Assembly (NCBI GenBank): GCA_973895155.1
Contig: OZ316897.1
Location: forward strand, 3,690,211 to 3,754,210
DNA length: 64,000 nt
Reading direction: 5' to 3'
DNA from: Marsupella aquatica
Lineage: Eukaryota > Plantae > Marchantiophyta
Shown here piece after piece: positions 37,784-50,688 of this stretch. Both the position numbers and the translations under genes were made by a program. The notes beneath the pieces were generated by a model. It did not search any database. It was given only the letters and a program-made list of their open reading frames with translations, and was not told where the DNA came from. The number at the start of each line of letters is the position of its first letter. Position 1 is the stretch's first letter.

Positions 37784-40700
37784 GTAGCTGTAGAACCAAA
37801 AGACACGGAAGCCCCTTCAAAGGGAAACATGAGAATATCAAGGGCTAAGAGACTGATTGAAGGAGCAAAACCTTTCTCCTAACCATCTCTGCCTTGTAGA
37901 CAAGTAGCTCCACATGCCTTCATGACCATCCCTGGCACAAAACAGGACGGAAGGCTTCCTCAAAAATGCCTTTGCAGATGGTAGGTGCGATCTAGGTTCT
38001 TCGACTTTTGCGTCGAAAGCTAACGCAGATGAACACTTAGTTCCTCCTCCATATACATGGCATGCACTTAAGGCAATCCAAAAGGGGGGAAACAATCTCG
38101 GAAGGAATTCAATTCCTACTGTGTCTAACTTCTTGAGAAACTCTTAATTAATGGAACAACCATTCGTTGAATCAGCCATTGAGACTTCTCTTGGTGTGGT
38201 AGCTAGTTTAGCATTCAACCTTGCCTCTAAAGTCTGTACTCTGGAACGAGAGGGCTAGACAGGCACTGAGGCACATGAGGTCCCAACTCCCAAGTCCCAA
38301 CGTCTCGATTGCTGCCAACTGTGCATTGATGCGTTTTCGTCAGGAGCGCAGGTGTGGTGCGAATCTGCATTACAGTGCAATCCTAGATCAAAGCAGAGTA
38401 CCTAGAGGAACACCTTCAGGGAAGAGTTCCATTAATGCAACATGCGAATGGCCATGGTAGGAGTCTAGGAGACCTGTTTTAAGGACGGCACGAAACAAGG
38501 ACCTGATTCCTGAAGGCACGGCTGGAGAGATCTGCGGCGTTTTTGAAGGAGAATCCATTGAGCAGAGGAAGGGGCGCCGTTTTACCCAGCATTTATGTAC
38601 CATGTATCTAGATACAGTCCAGCAGTGTGTGGCTGTCGGAAGTTCGGAGTTTCGTCCCTACCGAACGTAACCGAAGGCTTCCATCGTTCACGCTTCTTGC
38701 GCCGACGGATTGAACAACCGCGGATCCAAGGCAAATAATGTTTGGTGGCGTAGGACACTATCGTCGAACTGCATTCCTGCTTGGACCGGGCTGTATCTAA
38801 TCTAGATTTACTGCAGAGCGCAGTCTTCGGATTATGTCTCTGACGGCGCCTTATACCTACGTGCCTCCATCGACGCTACTCCAAGTCTCCAAGTCTCCAA
38901 CCCTCGGCCTGCAGACGACCCTGCAAAAGCACAAAATTCCTTTGCCCTCGACTGAGTGTGTTCATTGCAAGATAAAAATTTGTGAACGAGTAAACGCGTC
39001 TCGTCACAACTCTGAACTTCATCTACGGGCGCGCGAGTAACAACATATTTTTCTAGCTGGCCGTTGCACATGAGCGCTTATTAATGTGCTCGCGAAAACC
39101 AAAAAGTCAACCTACGCACTTTGTTACCGCGTTCTTTGTTTCTTGTCTTTCATGTTGTCCCATCTGTTGACGTGAGAAATTAATACCAGTCCTCTAATTC
39201 TAACATTTACCAGTGTCCAATCCATACAGGAAAACGTTCCCAATATTCGTGAAAATTTGCACTTTATGAACTGCAGGACAATTGAGATTGAAAGTGTTTT
39301 CTTTACTGACGCCTCTGTGGTCGTGCGATGTCTTTGCAATTATGTCTAAGGAGACGGAGGAATGATGTAGGAAAACTTTACGGGCCACTTTCGTCAACTA
39401 TCTCCATTGCACTTCAGAGAACAGAGAAATGAGAAGTAACCGAGAGCATCGACAAGGACTGGTTTGCAAATCGAAATCGTAGTAATGTGCAAGGTGAATC
39501 AGCGGAACATACACTGGATTCTCTTTTAATTAGAGCTTTACTGGAGTTTCGGTTCCGAGAAGGATCACATGCAAATAGTTACTTACAGAAGAACTAAGAT
39601 TATATAACATTTCTGAACTTGATCCAAAAGAGAAGTCCCACGCCGGACTCATGTAGTGGGTATTTTCCAAACTTAGTTGGCTTGCAACACCCTTAAAGTC
39701 TTAACTCTAATCCAACATTTTGAAAATTATGGTGATGGCGTTCACGTTTTGCGCCAATATCTCGACTGCAATTCGAGATGTACATAGACCACCGCGGCTT
39801 GGTTGGGTGGAGGAGCAGAGCAAATAGTCCACTCGACCAATCCACGGTTGTTTCAATCGGTGCTTTACGGATACTGAGGAATGGTGAAAGCAAGATTGAC
39901 CATAAACTTTCGTAGTCAAAGTTCATTCAAGCACATGCAGAGAAAAGGAGCATTTCTCAGACGGACTGTAATTGACTTGCTGTTTCTAGCAGTCAATTGC
40001 AGCGATGAATCACTAAATCAACCCCGTCCACGCGCAAGACCGTAGCAATTATTTTTAGTATGGAGAAGCAATGTGGCAAGAGCTAAATAATGTCCTTCTT
40101 CGAACCGTATTTGAGCTTACTTCTAGTTTACTTTTTGTTTTGCCTAGTTTACTTTTTGAAGCAACAGCCTAAGGGTAAACTAGGCCACAGAGCTTCTAAA
40201 TAGACTTCGGAATTCGATCCTCTCACGCCTACGGTATTCTCACCTGCATGTACGTTGTCAACTCAGATGAACGAGGATTGTCAGACTTACGGTATTCTCA
40301 CCTGAATGTCGTCACTTAGTTGGACGAGAAACTGTCAGACTAATGTCGTGGAGTTCCATCTCACAGGTTGAGAGGTACGCTTACGGAAGGCTAATTGCGT
40401 GGTTGCAATCCGGTAGTACTCTTGCCATTGTTGCCACTCTTGGTAACAGACATAGGTTGCTAGACTGATCAGGTTCGCAAGCAGAAAGCTTTGCTAAGAA
40501 TCTGAGACCGGAAGATGGTCCGGTTCTAGAACGAGCGACATCATCCGTAAACAGTACTTGGAAGTGAAGTTTGTTCAGATGGCAAACAGGATGCAAGGGA
40601 TGATAGAAGTGGGGCTGCGAGCAACGACTTTAGTTCGTTTCGTACATAATTGTACAGGTGCAGAAAGAAGTACACAACAGGATTGCTCTCCGTTAGAGTC

Positions 40701-41904
40701 GACCGATCATTTAGAAAATGCCCCTCTCGGGTGCTCAGTCATTCGGACATCATGCCTTCAGGCAGGAACGGCATCTGTGATGCAAACGGAGAATTTCCCG
40801 TAAGTTCGGTACGTTGTGCGTTCCATCCACATTGAACAGAGCTAAGCTGCAGTCCTGTTAGACCTCATGCCGGCGTGAATTTTATCGATTTTGCTAGAAA
40901 GGCAGACCAAATTGTGTGCAAACCTAAATCCTAGCAATGGTTCCACATAGGTACGTCACAACAAGAATGACTTGATTTCGAAGTAGCACGACGCGAAGCG
41001 CAAACGTAGAATAAAGAGTTGAAGCTGATAGACCTAAATGCCATCAATGCTACGGCCAGAGCAACGTGCAAAGTTTTCTTTCTTAAGTTCTTCCCGTAAC
41101 GCTTCCACGAACTCTTGGAAGATCAGTGAGCTCCAGGACAAACCGACACGGCGAGGTCGATTGATTCCAAAGGCAGCTCCATGCATTTCTCTCATAGTCA
41201 TGACGCTGTCCAACACTCCAAGACTGACGATGGAAGATTGCCTCGAGTGTTTTCTTCGATTCTCCCAAAGAGCGCAATCATCATCACGAATAACGTCGAT
41301 CTCAGCTCTCGCATAAATGCATTCTCATCCATCATCACTACCTACTGGAGAAATTTCCGAAAGGCATTCACGCAGACTCGCAGAGTGCTCATAGCACTCG
41401 CACGGAATTGCATTACTTTTCGCTCAACGACGTGCTTGAGCTCTCTCCATCGTTCTCGATTGAACTAGTAATTAGGAGAACTACCACATTAACTGCCTTA
41501 CACCAGGTTTTAATGCGTATGGACATGATGCCGCCTACCACGTCTGCTACTGTGATACTGTCTACAAAGTGTATTCAGAGGTTTATCATTTATCAGGTAC
41601 AATGCACGATACAGGCATGATCATTCTATGCTTACAATATGCTGTAGTCTATTATGCGGTCTCAAATATAACCCAGGTGAGTCCAATTGGGTCTAGGTTT
41701 GGCAGGACACGATTGAACAATGTGGGAGGCTCCTGAGCCATACAAATTAGATTCCCTTAGGTTCACCCATACAAGTCCCTGGAATGTAATTAACGATGTT
41801 AGTATTGGCAATTGTAGGCTTGCACCTTTATGTTGCCTGCGAGAATTGAAATATTGACATTTCTAGACTAGCGGCTTTTGGGTGGGGTTTGTGTAAAGGC
41901 GCTG

Positions 41905-41976
41905 AGATCACCCGTGAGGTTTGAACCCATGACCCGTGCCTCCAGTCACTACTATGCTACCATTACACCCAGAGCC
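41905..41976 (-). mobile_element. tRNA-derived Pol III head (SINE-like or tRNA pseudogene)
   Basis: Minus strand reads ggctctgggtgtaatggtagcat...gggtcatgggttcaaacctcac. It has an A-box-like tgggtgtaatgg with a D-arm-like stem and a B-box ggttcaaacc in a T-arm-like stem. The acceptor and anticodon stems do not pair. Confidence 0.6.
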
Positions 41977-42985
41977 TGCTGCACATCGACCCCACTCATG
42001 GTATTAAATGATATCACTATGGCGGTTCAGGCAGCATGCAGGCAAGGGGTAAGGGAGCCATGAATTGTTTTCCAGGGACCCATTGCCCTGACTCCCTGAG
42101 CCTATCCTGCACACTCAGCTCTGAGTACTTTTCTCATTCTGGATGGCCAGTTTCCCCTACTGCAGCCTAGTTGTTGAGGGACTGAAAAAATTAATTCAAA
42201 AATCTTGAACTCGTTTGCGGGTCATTTTTAGGGCCTCTCGGATGGACAGACCAAACTTCTCCGTGCACCCATTTTAAATTAATTTTTGGTGCACCCAGTT
42301 TTCTTAGATAAACTTTGAATTTCGTGCCAAATAACATTTGTACTTCTGATCATTACTTGAGAAGGTATGGTAGACCAAATGGATAGCGATCCCAAAGGTG
42401 GTATGGTATATAGCCACCTACAGCAGTTCCCACTCATTATGAGGCCCACAGTATATCTCAAAGGAAAAAAGAAGAAGCAATGGACGATATGTCTTGTGAA
42501 CTCACCCTACATATATATGCAAGGTGGTTTCTGTAGCTCAGCTGTGAGTAAACACGTTGACTCCCGTGAATTATTGTGATCCAGATGTGTTGAGAGACTC
42601 GATTTCATAGCATAATTTCCTTGGCACATCTAGGGCACCCATCTCTTTGAGGAGCCAAACAAAGGGCTTGACTTGCCCTGTAGAAGTCAACTAAATTTAC
42701 ACACTATAATACCCAATCTCACCAGCATATATTCTGTCTACAAATTGCAAGCTGAATGCAATCCTGGCCACTTTTTGACAATCTATTTTTTTCAGCATTG
42801 GATTGGACAGAAACATCTCCCTGTGCCCACCTTCCCAGGCACACTCCCTGCCTCCCTCCATGCCCTCCACCTTGCCGTCCGTGCGTCATCTTTGCTAGTC
42901 ATGCAACGCACAAGCATGGGGCTTGTGTCCTAGAAAAAGTGCCACTGTTATTTTGGCAATTAATGATTTTCTATGTTCTCTCATT

Positions 42986-43116
42986 TTTTCAAATTGGGAA
43001 GGTCCATCTTTCCCAGGAAATCCTGAAATGGAAGCCAAAGGTCCCCAGAATTTTCAAATTGGGAAGGTCCATCTTTCCTAGGAAATCCTGAAATGGAAGC
43101 CAAAGATCCCCAGAAT
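42986..43116. repeat. Tandem duplication, ~65 bp x2
   Basis: ttttcaaattgggaaggtccatctttcc.aggaaatcctgaaatggaagccaaag at 42986 and 43051. Confidence 0.9.
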
Positions 43117-44300
43117 GGTGTCTCATCCAAATCGCATTCAAATAAGCCGACTTTTGTGACAGTAGGAGAAGAGACTGGAAAGGCTATGCAATTTAGCTAA
43201 CCTGTAAAAAAATATGATTTACCTGTAGCTCTCGAAGTGGCTGGGTTTGCAGAGTTAATCATTTTGTGTTCTAGTGACAGCAGATGAAGAGAAATCAGGG
43301 GCTATGAAATTCACCTCACCCACCAGCAAGATTCCTTACCAATGGAACTTCAAGTGATTGGGTTTGTAGAGGTTATTGATTTGTTTTCCTGAAAGGAGGA
43401 GAAGAGACATGAGGCACTTTTGGCCTGGTGTTGTTTGGCTGCTTGCTTCTTTGGTCCCCCTTGCCCACGTTCAACCTTTGTGCACTACTCTCCTTTCGTT
43501 TAGATAACCTCTATTTAGATATTGTACCATTGAGAATACGGATTTGTTGCTCATCTGGAATTCTGATATGATATCTACTTTGAAAATCTTTCTTACACTC
43601 ATGTGCCCGCACCTCCTTCCCTCTCGCACACACTTCGAGATTTTGTGTGTATACTTTCCCCCTCGTCCACTGTCCATGATTTGACTCGTCTTGTAAAGTT
43701 CCAGTCATTTTTATTATTTTCTACCAAAAGATTTCTTATAGATTTAGATTTACAAACTGTAGTGAGTAATCCCCTCATTCTCCTCTATCCTTTGTTTACA
43801 TGCAAATTGCATGCAAGGTGCAAAGCAATCCTGGCCATTCACCATTCAATAAATGAATGTTTTCCTCACCATCACATCAAGCCCTAAACCCTCCTAAACC
43901 CTTCACGCCTTGCCCACTCTCATGCAGTGTGCCTCTCTCCTCACGTACCATCTCGTGGTCTGCCCCCCATGCCAGACTGTCAGCTGGTCCGCAAACTCGC
44001 CATCGGCCTTCTCCTGCGGGGAGGGAGAGGATGGGAGAGGAGACCGGGGGAGTGGAACCTTCTCCCTCCCAAGTCAGTTTTAGGAATTTAGAAAATGGAA
44101 AGCAAAAGGAGTCTGCCATGTCAATCCGCTGAATGAGTGTCTCATCCAAATCTCATCAAAATAAGTCGACTTCCATGGCAGTAGGAGAAGAGACATGAAG
44201 CGCTATGAAATTTGTCTAAACTGCAAGCAAAGATTACCACCTATAGCTCTTCATGTGGTTCCGTTTGCAGGGTTTGTTGCTTCATGTTCTTGACAACAGA
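43113..44300. repeat. Diverged ~170-bp direct repeats about 1 kb apart (43113-43280 and 44131-44300), probably TE-internal
   Basis: gtgtctcatccaaatc.cat..aaataag.cgactt...cagtaggagaagagac..gaa.gctatg.aattt is present at both sites. Confidence 0.7.
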
Positions 44301-47300
44301 AGTATCCTCATCTTTGTTTCGTACAGTTTGCAAATGAATTAGTCCATTTTGAGTCCAGTGCTCACTGAAATTGATCGACTTCCCACATAGGAGCTAGAGT
44401 ACGTGAGGGCGAACAGCACTTTGTCTGAGGGCAACACACTGGTTCAGTAGATGCAATAGAAATATGACAGCGGTGACGGGGAAACAGTCCAAACGGAAAT
44501 TTTACACAATCAGCATGTTACTCATAGAAGTCAAATTAACCAAGTAATCATAGATGAACTTTGTGACAATATAACATTAACCACTATAATAAGGGATCCC
44601 GCCAAAACCCCCACATGGTTTGTTTGCAAACTTGACAGTTTTGTGCCTCAATGACTTCCTTGTCTCACTTGTATTTTTTGCCTCACCTCAGCATTTTAGT
44701 GCCAGGCACAGGTATGGCCGCACCAATGACAACATGGGCGCAATGACTACATGGCGGCAATGAGATCGTGCAACACATGGCCTCATATTTGTACTTAAAC
44801 ATCTTATTCGTTACGTCTTCATTGAGATGATTTGTTTCTATTCTTCAACTATTTCTTGCACTTTGCACACTCAATAACATAGCCACAACAATTACATGGA
44901 TTTAACAACAATAAGACCACAATGACCATAACAACAACATGACTGCAATAAAGGCATGAGATGCCTTAACAATTTCATTGAATCTCCTGCATTCTCGATG
45001 TCTTCTTTGCAGCACACTAACATTGGACTGACTGTACCCAATAAATGCTGTGACTATATTTTTATTACACACATAGTTATTAGTATTGTACCTAAAAGCT
45101 GGTTTTATAAATTGGAAAACAAGTGTTTTAGTCCCAGCCACAAGTTAGATAGTGCACCCACCCTACCGTTCTAGTCTCTTGTGCCTAATGTGTTTAGCAT
45201 TTTTTTTTTCTCTGCAGTGCGGTGATGTGATTGAAAGGTGCTCATTGCTTTTGGTGCCATGCCACAAAATAAGGAACCGCCCTAAATAATTGCACGAACT
45301 CACTAGTAGACATGGGACCAAGAATGTCATCAACCAATCACAAGCAAAAATGATTGCATGAAGAATGAGTATTTTTAACATAAAGACACAACAAAAGCAT
45401 ATTATTGCGGAAAATGTTTGACTTGTGTACATAATATTCTTTTCGTAGCCAAGCTCATGAAAATGTCAAAAGACTCTCCGCCCCTCAAAGTACGGTACAG
45501 TAAAGGTAAGATTTGTTTGGATGCTTTGGTACCCTCTGCCGGCTCAATTCGAAATTGGTTTTGAATGACTAAGACATAGAGGCATTACAGTAACGCAACA
45601 GAAAAACTTAAACTCTTTTCTTTTTCACTTTCGAAGTTTTCAGAGATATGTCACTTGCGCAGGGTCATTTGTGAGCGTTCGCAGCAACCTAATTTTAAGG
45701 TTATTTTCAATCAACGGATGCTACGAATAAATGTTCTAATTATCGAATTTTCTGGATTGATTTTTGACGGTCATTAGATCACTAGCCCTAATGACGATCA
45801 AACTTTAATCCAGATTTGAGCATAATTGCCTGAGGCACTTTTGGCAAAAAGTCACGAGGTTTCTTGTCCTTCCTTTAGCTCTGCCACTGGCGAAAGGAAG
45901 CCAAGAAACCAGGTGAATTTTTGCCAAAATTGGCTAAGGTTTTCAGAAAGGTGGAATCCAATGAATTTTCACAGCTTAAAACAATGCGGTCCACACTGTG
46001 CGGGTTGCTGTATCATCTTGTCCTGCAGCGGTGGTCCTACAGAGCACGGAGGAATGAAAGCGGATTGGGTCCTTAAAGCAATAACTCCGAAATCTGATCG
46101 TAAGCTTGCATGAACATCACGTGAACTATCTTTAGCACAACTGCGCTCGTTAGCATCGACACTCCCAATTTCTGCTGCTGCTGCGCCAAGCTCGATGTCT
46201 CTCGATTCTTCAGCTCTCCCGTGGGAGTTGGGAGGGAAATGTGTCGAGCGACGTTCGTGCTTTCAGGCGGGCGACAGCACTATTTGGGATAGTATGGCGG
46301 AGGCATGACTGGCTGGGTAGAGAGGGAGGGCCCATTGCTGCGAACAAAGGTCATCGACTCCCGTGCCATCTCCTGTTCCTTCCTAAAATCCCGCATCTCT
46401 AGCCAAAAAGGGCGTCAATTTTTTTCGCCCAGTAGCGAGTAATGGCCGTCACGTGAGTCGCGACACAGACCAGAGAGACCGACGTTATGGCACCCTGATA
46501 TTTGAGGCCGCCTAGTATAGCCCACTACAGGACATGACTTGTTGCGAGTTAGGGAGTAACACAGAGCCATGGCCACCGTGAGCAACAAAGGACACCTTTG
46601 CCTGCGGGATACAGTGTATGAAGCTCATAGATTTTTTAATGGTGTTTTTAGTACCTCATTTTTTAATTGAGTTTCCAGTTTGCAGGTGTGAAAGAAATGA
46701 CCTGTCTAAAAGGGGGCTCTAGATACTTGATTTCTGTATGTCTGTGCATCTGCAAGGGAAAGTGCCGGTGGGCCAAGAAAAGCCCAATGGTCATCAAGAG
46801 TCTGAACACTTTCAGGACGATTGGGTAGATGGGAGAAGCCCCCCTGTAGATTATCATGAATGGGGTGCATTTAACGAGTCCAGATGCTGCAGACTACCGT
46901 AGGGCATCCTGTCATTCTCACTTTGTCTGGGCAATTTAGTAAACGTCTGGCAGGCACCAGTAAGTTAATGCTCTATCCCTTTAGAAGATGTTAGAAATGA
47001 AGCCTCAGGGCCTTATTTGGGATAATTCTTTCTTGGGAGGGCTTTATCCTGACACTGAAATGCCCTGCCGAGCAGTGCCACTTTAAACTTTTGCAAATTT
47101 TATTGAGGATGTATGTATCAAGTTGCTAGATATATACCTGGCTCTAGGGGCTAGTCGCCAGAATGGATGGCCCTCCTTAAATATTTGTAAGATGTATCGG
47201 TTGAGATATATCTATCAACATATTTAGGCCAAATCTCCTCTCATGGCAGAGGAGAGTTTGCTACCTTACCACCTTCACCAATCCTACATTGGTTGTTGTC

Positions 47301-47982
47301 CCCAGAAAAGCACCTCTGGCTGTGGCAGCCAGACTCCTTTCTTTTCACCTTGGAAATCAGCTTCCATGCAGCAGGAGACAGCAATACAGCATACAATGGG
47401 CTCTGACTCATGGGCAGGCGTACCCTCCACATTACAGTAAAATGGAACCTGGAGCGATGGTACTTGAGTGTAATTAAAAGATTGTCGTCTTTTTTGACAA
47501 CGTGGCCAATGTGTGAAGTGAAGATGCTGAGCATCTTTTTTTTCTAATTCAACAGCTGTAGATTATTTTTGATGTAAGATCTCCCTAAATGGGGTATGTG
47601 GCTAGGTTGAGCATAATTTTTAAGGTTCTCCTCTTTCGCCAATGTGGGGTAAATGTCAGCTTATGTGCATGAGAAGTTAATAAGAATATTCTTATCTGAT
47701 TTTCCTGGATTATTTTCTGACCATGAGATCTCTCTAGATTTAAGGATGACCATTAGATTCCGACTAATATGGTCTGTGAATGGAAAACTGGCTTGTGAGG
47801 GACACATCTCCTAAGGAAGTGTTGCAAAACGTGGAAAAACTGCCATTAAAAAAACGTTGGCTAGGTAGGAAACAGGCTTAATATCACCTTCATCCTCATC
47901 TAAATTTTCTAGATAATCATCAGATGAAAGCTCATGGAGGCTTCCGCTAGAAAAGAAACTTAGTAATCTAAGACAAGGAAAG

Positions 47983-48480
47983 CTTAGCCAATTTTAGTCA
48001 GAAGTGGCCAAGAATTCTAGGCAAGGTGGAGCTTGGCAATCGTAATTCACAATCAGGACAAAAGGTTACAAGTGTGCAACCTTTTCCTACTAGGTGCTAG
48101 CATTTCCATTATCCCTGTGCCCAAAAAGTTTTACCCGGTCAGGTATTATGTATTATAATGACTCTTTAGATTGTTGGGGTTCTAGTCTGAAACCTGTTCA
48201 CACAAAGCTCAGACAAATTTCCGGAGTGCCACCCGTCAACATTTATTCACTTTCTGGTCACATGGTTATAGGCTAATAACCCCAAACCAAACCTTCATTA
48301 CCCTACTTAGCCAATTTTAGTAAGTGGCCAAGAATTCTAGGCGAGGCCAAGCTTGGCAAACTGAGCCAAATCTAGTCAGAATGTGGCCAAGAATTTTAGG
48401 CCAGGCGAAGCTTGGCAAACTTAGCCAATTTTAGTCAGATGGGGGCCAAAGAATTTTAGGCGAGGCGGACTTTGGCGAAT
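47983..48480. repeat. ~58-bp repeat family: one copy at 47983 and three tandem copies at 48306-48480, upstream of ABCB
   Basis: Unit cttagccaattttagtcagaagtggccaagaattctaggc.agg...agcttggcaa. A short inverted copy (aaaattggctaag) lies at ~45926. Confidence 0.9.
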
Positions 48481-50688
48481 TCTGACCACTTGAAAAACGC
48501 TGCTAGTGAGCAATACCACGTTAGTGTAGTAGTGTCGGAAGCAAAGGCTCGGCCCTGATAATTACGCAGTCCATGAATCGGCCCTTCAGGAATCAGGACC
48601 AAAGCGCGTCATCCGAATCCAACTGTCCGAGCTACCCCTAGCTACCGCGCAAGCTGCACTGATGACGTTCATTCGGGAAAATTTACTCTCTTCGCTCACG
48701 CTGTCTGTCGAGTGTCCACACTACTACTGTAGTGTCGACCTCTAGTCCTCTACAGTCGTAGTAGTAACAGTACCAGAGATGCGGAAACCCCGAAATCCCA
48801 TGGTGCGTTTGCAGCTGTCGGTCCCATCTGTGGTTCTGTACGTGCATTCATCACACGCCCGCTGCAATGTGCGGAACTGCAGATCCCGCTACCGGTAACG
48901 CAGCTGCCTGCCTCCCCTGCCTCGACGACTGTAGTGTGGGAAGTGCGGATCCCCCCAGTGTAGCTGGCTAGAAACAGTACCTTTAGTCTAATGGGATGTA
49001 GGGCGAGCGGAAGCATCGCAGTAGGCTGCATGCGGGAGAACTGGAGAAGCATGCAGCAACAGGAGGATTGGACTGGAGTAGAGAAGCAGTGTAGCAGAAT
49101 GGCAGCAGCAGAAGTGGCAGTGGTAGTAATTGCGGAATCGGTATGTCGTCAGGCAGGAGGGCCGGAGGGGGACGAGGTGGAAGGTTGGTCGCTCGAGTAC
49201 AATATGTGTGTCCTCTGTCAGGCTGCGGAAGTGCGATTGGCAGTAGCAGCTCGAGTGTTCCAGCTCGTCGTCTTTGCCCGTGCAAATGCGCTGCCAGAGT
49301 TGTATTTTGTTGCGGTTTCTGCTGACGCGAATCAGATATCGCCGGGAGGGAGGAGCAAATCGGCGATTGGAAGAAGGTAGGAGGATTGGGGGTTTTGTCG
49401 CCTCCCCAGGCATCGGATTTTGGCAGGTGAGCAGAAAATCTAGGCAGCAAATGTTGTACGACGAGGAAGAGGAGACGAGGAGGACGGGACGGAGAAGTGT
49501 TTCCGCTTGTTCATTCATTGCGGCAATGGTAACCGGGAACGTCTACCGGAATAATGCTAATTATGGCGAATGGTTGGGCACTGCTTCTGCTGCCGCACGC
49601 GGCGTCCTGAAGGGGATCGGAGAGGAGTTGTGATCGAATGATGCGTCGTTGGAGTCTGCCGTTGCCTCTGCTGTTGCTGTGGTAGTGGTTGATTGCCCAG
49701 TTGGTGATTGCATTGTCGAGTTCAAGGTGCTGGTGGCGGTGTAGCTCTCAATTTCGTTCCCGATCAGCGTATTCTCTGTCAGGGTGGGCCGGTGTGGACT
49801 GTGGAGTGGAGTGAGCCGTACCATTAACAAATTCGATCGTTGAGATGGCCCTATGCAGAAGGCCTCGCATTCCGGGCCCCGACTCGGATTGGGCGTAGTC
49901 TTTCCTTCCCATCCAGGTCAGGAAATTCTCGGGAAATGCCATCCTCCTATTGTGTAAATGTGCAGACAGTCGCCCGCAGTTGGGGCTCCCGCTCGAAAGT
50001 TCGAGCTTATCTGCCTCTCTAAGAAGTCCGTCCGAGCTCGCGATGCCCGCGTTACATAGTCGTCATGTCATCAGACTGTACAACACAGTTTCCGCCTATC
50101 ATTTTCTTTGCAATTTCTCGGTATATAGAGTGAGGGCCACAATCATGTACCACGGACTGCCGGGGATCATGCTGCCTTTCGTCGTCGGAGACCCGCTGTC
50201 ATCATCTTTTGCGTACGTACTTGTTTGCGGGTCCCTCCTCACTGATGATGTCCCGGAGCACTAATGGAGCGCAGCACCTTTTCGCCCTATCGCATTCTCC
50301 GAAGCTTCCAGCCTGTTTAGTTATCTGTGAGGTTGTCTCCGTTTCGATTCCAAGTCCCCACAGATGTCTGCGATCATTCTCTTCCGCACTTCCGCACTTC
50401 CGCATGGACGTGCATGTGCCTTGCCTTCTACAAAATCATTTTATCCGTTGCGATTCACGATGGCTGAAATGGTACACTGATTTCTCGTGAGCGTAATTGT
50501 TGTTGTCCATCGCTCCTTTCCCCCGGATTTATTGTGCTCAGTGCCGCTGATGCAGCACGTCTGACGTTCCATCCTGTGACAGTGACTGCCGTAGATGAGC
50601 TGACAGTGGCCTGTGGTTTTGTATGGCGACAGGGTGGAGCTGGAATACGTCTATCTCTGGAGGACTAAGCGAGCTCTAGCTGGTCCCG

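Noticed and set aside
41905-41976. Functional tRNA gene
   Set aside because: The acceptor and anticodon stems do not form.
45780-48508. CACTA element from cactagc (45780) to gctagtg (48508) with oppositely oriented internal motifs
   Set aside because: The TIR match is only 7 bp and the 3-bp flanks differ (gat vs agc), so it is unsupported without family data.
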